Below, piece by piece: positions 62,033-64,000 of a stretch of DNA of 64,000 nt. The position numbers and the translations under genes were made by a program. The notes beneath the pieces are model-generated. The model made no database searches, was not told the origin of the DNA, and saw only the letters and a list, made by a program, of their open reading frames with translations. The stretch is from the IMG/VR virus record IMGVR_UViG_3300035667_000058, positions 2,111 to 66,110 of that record; one strand, 5' to 3'. The stretch is from a virus. Lineage: Duplodnaviria > Caudoviricetes. Every line of letters starts with the position of its first letter. The first letter of the stretch is position 1.

Positions 62033-62074
62033 TATGCTCGCCCCGCATACACGAGTTTATGCACGCCGTGCAAT
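62033..62074. promoter_or_regulatory. Two TATGC-N7-GCATA-like operators at the head of the leftward accessory operon
   Basis: 62033-62049 perfect, 62058-62074 near match. Confidence 0.6.
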
Positions 62075-62095
62075 GGGCCCAAGTGGGCTAGACGA

Positions 62096-62399
62096 GGGTC
62101 ACGATAAACCGGGCCGGGGGCCGCGATATCGTGTCCCTTATCGTGACCCTGAGTGCTCGCTCGCGTCCCTTGGGTGCGAAAACGCCAATGAACCCGCCGG
62201 TACTGAGCAAATGCTTACCCCGGAAAGGGCTTCTTAATCCATTGGCCCTCGGTTCGATTCCGAGATGACCCACAGCCGAAATACTTAGCAATCGCCAGTC
62301 GTTAGACGCCATTGGAAAAACGGTCCGAAATGACGAGGGTCACGATTACGGCCCGACGGGGGACACGATATTCAGCCGACGGTGCGGATATCGTGACCC
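62096..62399. repeat. attP arm-type sites GGG(T/A)CACGAT(A/T), six copies
   Basis: 62096(+), 62127(-), 62139(-), 62337(+), 62360(+), 62389(-), three on each side of the core. Confidence 0.8.
62231..62273 (+). other. attP core: 3' half of tRNA-Lys(CUU)
   Basis: TTCTTAA-TCCAT-TGGCC-CTCGG-TTCGATT-CCGAG-ATGACCC-A; no 5' half upstream. Confidence 0.8.
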
Positions 62400-62521
62400 G
62401 CGAGCAAGCGCTCGCGACCCCGACCGCGATCAGCAACGGCAACTGCGTTGCCGTTGCCGGAACGTCGCGGGTATGGGTGCGGCGATTCGCGCGTGCGCAC
62501 GGGGTGCCGATCTCGCGCGTC

Positions 62522-63784
62522 TTAAGAGCGGCGCAGTCGCACTACGTTGCTGGCCTTCATCGACAGCTCGGGGATGGCATCGCGCAGATCCGGAAACGGC
62601 TCGTACTGCAGGTCACTGAGCACCTGCGCGCTACGGTTGTACCGCTCCATCATGGCCGGTGTAACGTGCCCAGTGCGGGCCGTGATCCATCCCCAGCCCT
62701 TGCCAGCGCGCAGCGCCCACGTCACGAACGTCGCGCGCGTGTCATGGAAACGCATGCATTGAACGTTCGGCGCGTCGCTGAACAACAGGGCTCGCGTCAC
62801 ACCGGCCAAGCGCAGGTCGGCGCGCAGCGTCTCGGCTTCGCGACCTTCGGGCGCATCAAGGTCGCAGATCACCGGGCCCAGTTTGTTCGAGCCGCAGTGC
62901 TCGTACCATGCTTGCAACAGCGCCAGGACGTCGGGTTGCAACTCGAACATCAGCGGTACCCCGCTCTTGGTGACGATCGCACTCATCGTGCCGTGTGCAA
63001 AGTCGACCCACGTCCACACCAACGGCGCGAGCGAGCTCTTGCGCAGGCCGGTGTAGCAGCCGAGCACGTAGTGAATGCGTCGGCCGAGCGGGATGGCGCC
63101 GCACCGGAGCATCGACAGCAGTTCATCTGGATAGAGAAACGCGAACATCTTGGCCGGGTCGCGGCGCGGCTTGAGGTCGACGCTCACCGGATTGTCGGTG
63201 CGCAGCCGGCCGGGCTTGATCGCGAGGTCAAAGAGTCGCTTGGTGACCTGGTACACTTGAAATTTGGTGCTCGAGCGCCACGGCTTGCCGCGCTTGGCGT
63301 GCGCTGCTTGCGCCGCCTTGGCGAAGCAGTGTTCGATGTCTTCCTCGGTGACGTCGGCAACGGCCGTGTCACCGATGAACGGGTACACGTGCGCTTTCAG
63401 CCGTGTCGCATCGGACCCCGCCGACTTCTTATCGCCAAGGCCGCGCACCTCGCCATGCTTGGCAAACAGCTTGCCGCTGGTCCACTCCTTGCCGAACTCG
63501 CGCACGGTCGCGCTCGCGCTGCGCGGGGCATCATCGTCGAGCGCCGCCGCGGTCGGCAGCGTTCGGCAGCGCTCGGCGAGCTTCGCTGTCATCTCGATCG
63601 CTCGGGCTCGGTCTGCATCCCGGTCGGTCAGCGCGCGACCCCGGTAGGCCAGCCGCTTTTTCGCGCGCTGCCCGTTGACCTGCAGTCGCGCGCACCAGCA
63701 ACCCGTTCCATCTGCGTAGGACTTCCACTCGGCCGAACCATTGCCCGAGCCCTTGTCCCGTCGCGGTTTCCGTGTCGTTGCCAT
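62522..63784 (-). CDS. int: Tyrosine integrase
   Basis: YTGLRKS, TKSG, RFHDTRATF, RTGH, MERY catalytic set. Confidence 0.93.
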   Translation of the reverse strand: MATTRKPRRDKGSGNGSAEWKSYADGTGCWCARLQVNGQRAKKRLAYRGRALTDRDADRARAIEMTAKLAERCRTLPTAAALDDDAPRSASATVREFGKEWTSGKLFAKHGEVRGLGDKKSAGSDATRLKAHVYPFIGDTAVADVTEEDIEHCFAKAAQAAHAKRGKPWRSSTKFQVYQVTKRLFDLAIKPGRLRTDNPVSVDLKPRRDPAKMFAFLYPDELLSMLRCGAIPLGRRIHYVLGCYTGLRKSSLAPLVWTWVDFAHGTMSAIVTKSGVPLMFELQPDVLALLQAWYEHCGSNKLGPVICDLDAPEGREAETLRADLRLAGVTRALLFSDAPNVQCMRFHDTRATFVTWALRAGKGWGWITARTGHVTPAMMERYNRSAQVLSDLQYEPFPDLRDAIPELSMKASNVVRLRRS

Positions 63785-63807
63785 AATAGATTACACCTGT
63801 AGTTGGA

Positions 63808-63853
63808 GCCTCCCGCTCGCGACCGTCCAAAGCCGGCGAGCGGGAGGCGTTTT
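63808..63853. terminator. 13-bp stem-loop between xis-like gene and int
   Basis: GCCTCCCGCTCGC-N15-GCGAGCGGGAGGC followed by GTTTT on the plus strand. Confidence 0.55.
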
Positions 63854-64000
63854 CTACCTGCGACGGGGCCGCTCGGTCAACTCGGCCATCATGCGGTCGA
63901 TGTCGTCGCCGGGCGGGGACTTGGTGACGGCGGCTTCGGGCGCCCTGCGCCGCCTGCGGATCTGGTGGGTCTCGACGAAGCCATACACAACGCTGCGGCG
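63854..64000 (-). CDS. 3' end of a probable excisionase-like gene
   Basis: Open frame RRSVVYGFVETHQIRRRRR...ERPRRR-stop directly upstream of int; identity inferred from position only. Confidence 0.4.
   Translation of the reverse strand, partial: RRSVVYGFVETHQIRRRRRAPEAAVTKSPPGDDIDRMMAELTERPRRR

Larger units (their letters stand above)
54289..62033 (-). other. Leftward operon of about 20 small accessory genes starting beside attP
   Basis: Chained minus-strand ORFs with stop/start overlaps, converging on the lysis module. Confidence 0.75.
1..64000. mobile_element. Temperate myovirus-type phage genome, near complete, circularly permuted/excised form
   Basis: Integrase, attP, repressor, replication, packaging, head, contractile tail, baseplate and lysis modules all present; no host housekeeping genes; genes at both edges are minus-strand phage genes. 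Confidence 0.95.

Noticed and set aside
62200-62275. Complete tRNA-Lys gene
   Set aside because: No 5' acceptor strand, D arm or pairing 5' anticodon strand; it is the att core
62312-63802. 496-aa plus-strand ORF
   Set aside because: Shadow of the integrase

Overview
The whole window is one high-GC temperate tailed phage with a contractile tail (DUF3383 sheath, DUF2184 capsid, DUF1073 portal). It looks like the excised or circular form, because an intact attP (3' half of tRNA-Lys(CUU) plus six arm-type repeats) lies between phage genes next to the tyrosine integrase. Gene order from the left: leftward recombination genes (SbcD-like nuclease cut by the edge, SSAP-like); a cI/cro switch; YfdP/YfdQ; ParB-MT-A70; an initiator with internal iterons; DnaB; RuvC-like resolvase; many small middle genes including a tRNA-Tyr and three more DNA-modifying enzymes (one split across overlapping frames, one with an intein); terminases; an antisense island of tiny genes plus a HigBA-type module; head, tail and baseplate genes; an antisense trypsin-like lipoprotein; lysis; a leftward accessory operon; attP; int; and a xis-like gene. 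Two proteins suggest a myxobacterial (Polyangia-like) host (inference). Most interesting: (1) a four-site GTAACC-N6-GGTTAC operator regulon linking the terminase-portal island, which ends in an RHH gene, to the distant protease moron; (2) an XRE-HTH domain inside the prohead protease/scaffold, bracketed by R-x-D motifs that recur in the head proteins; (3) a C5 methyltransferase apparently encoded as two overlapping polypeptides. All family calls come from motif recognition by eye, not database searches.
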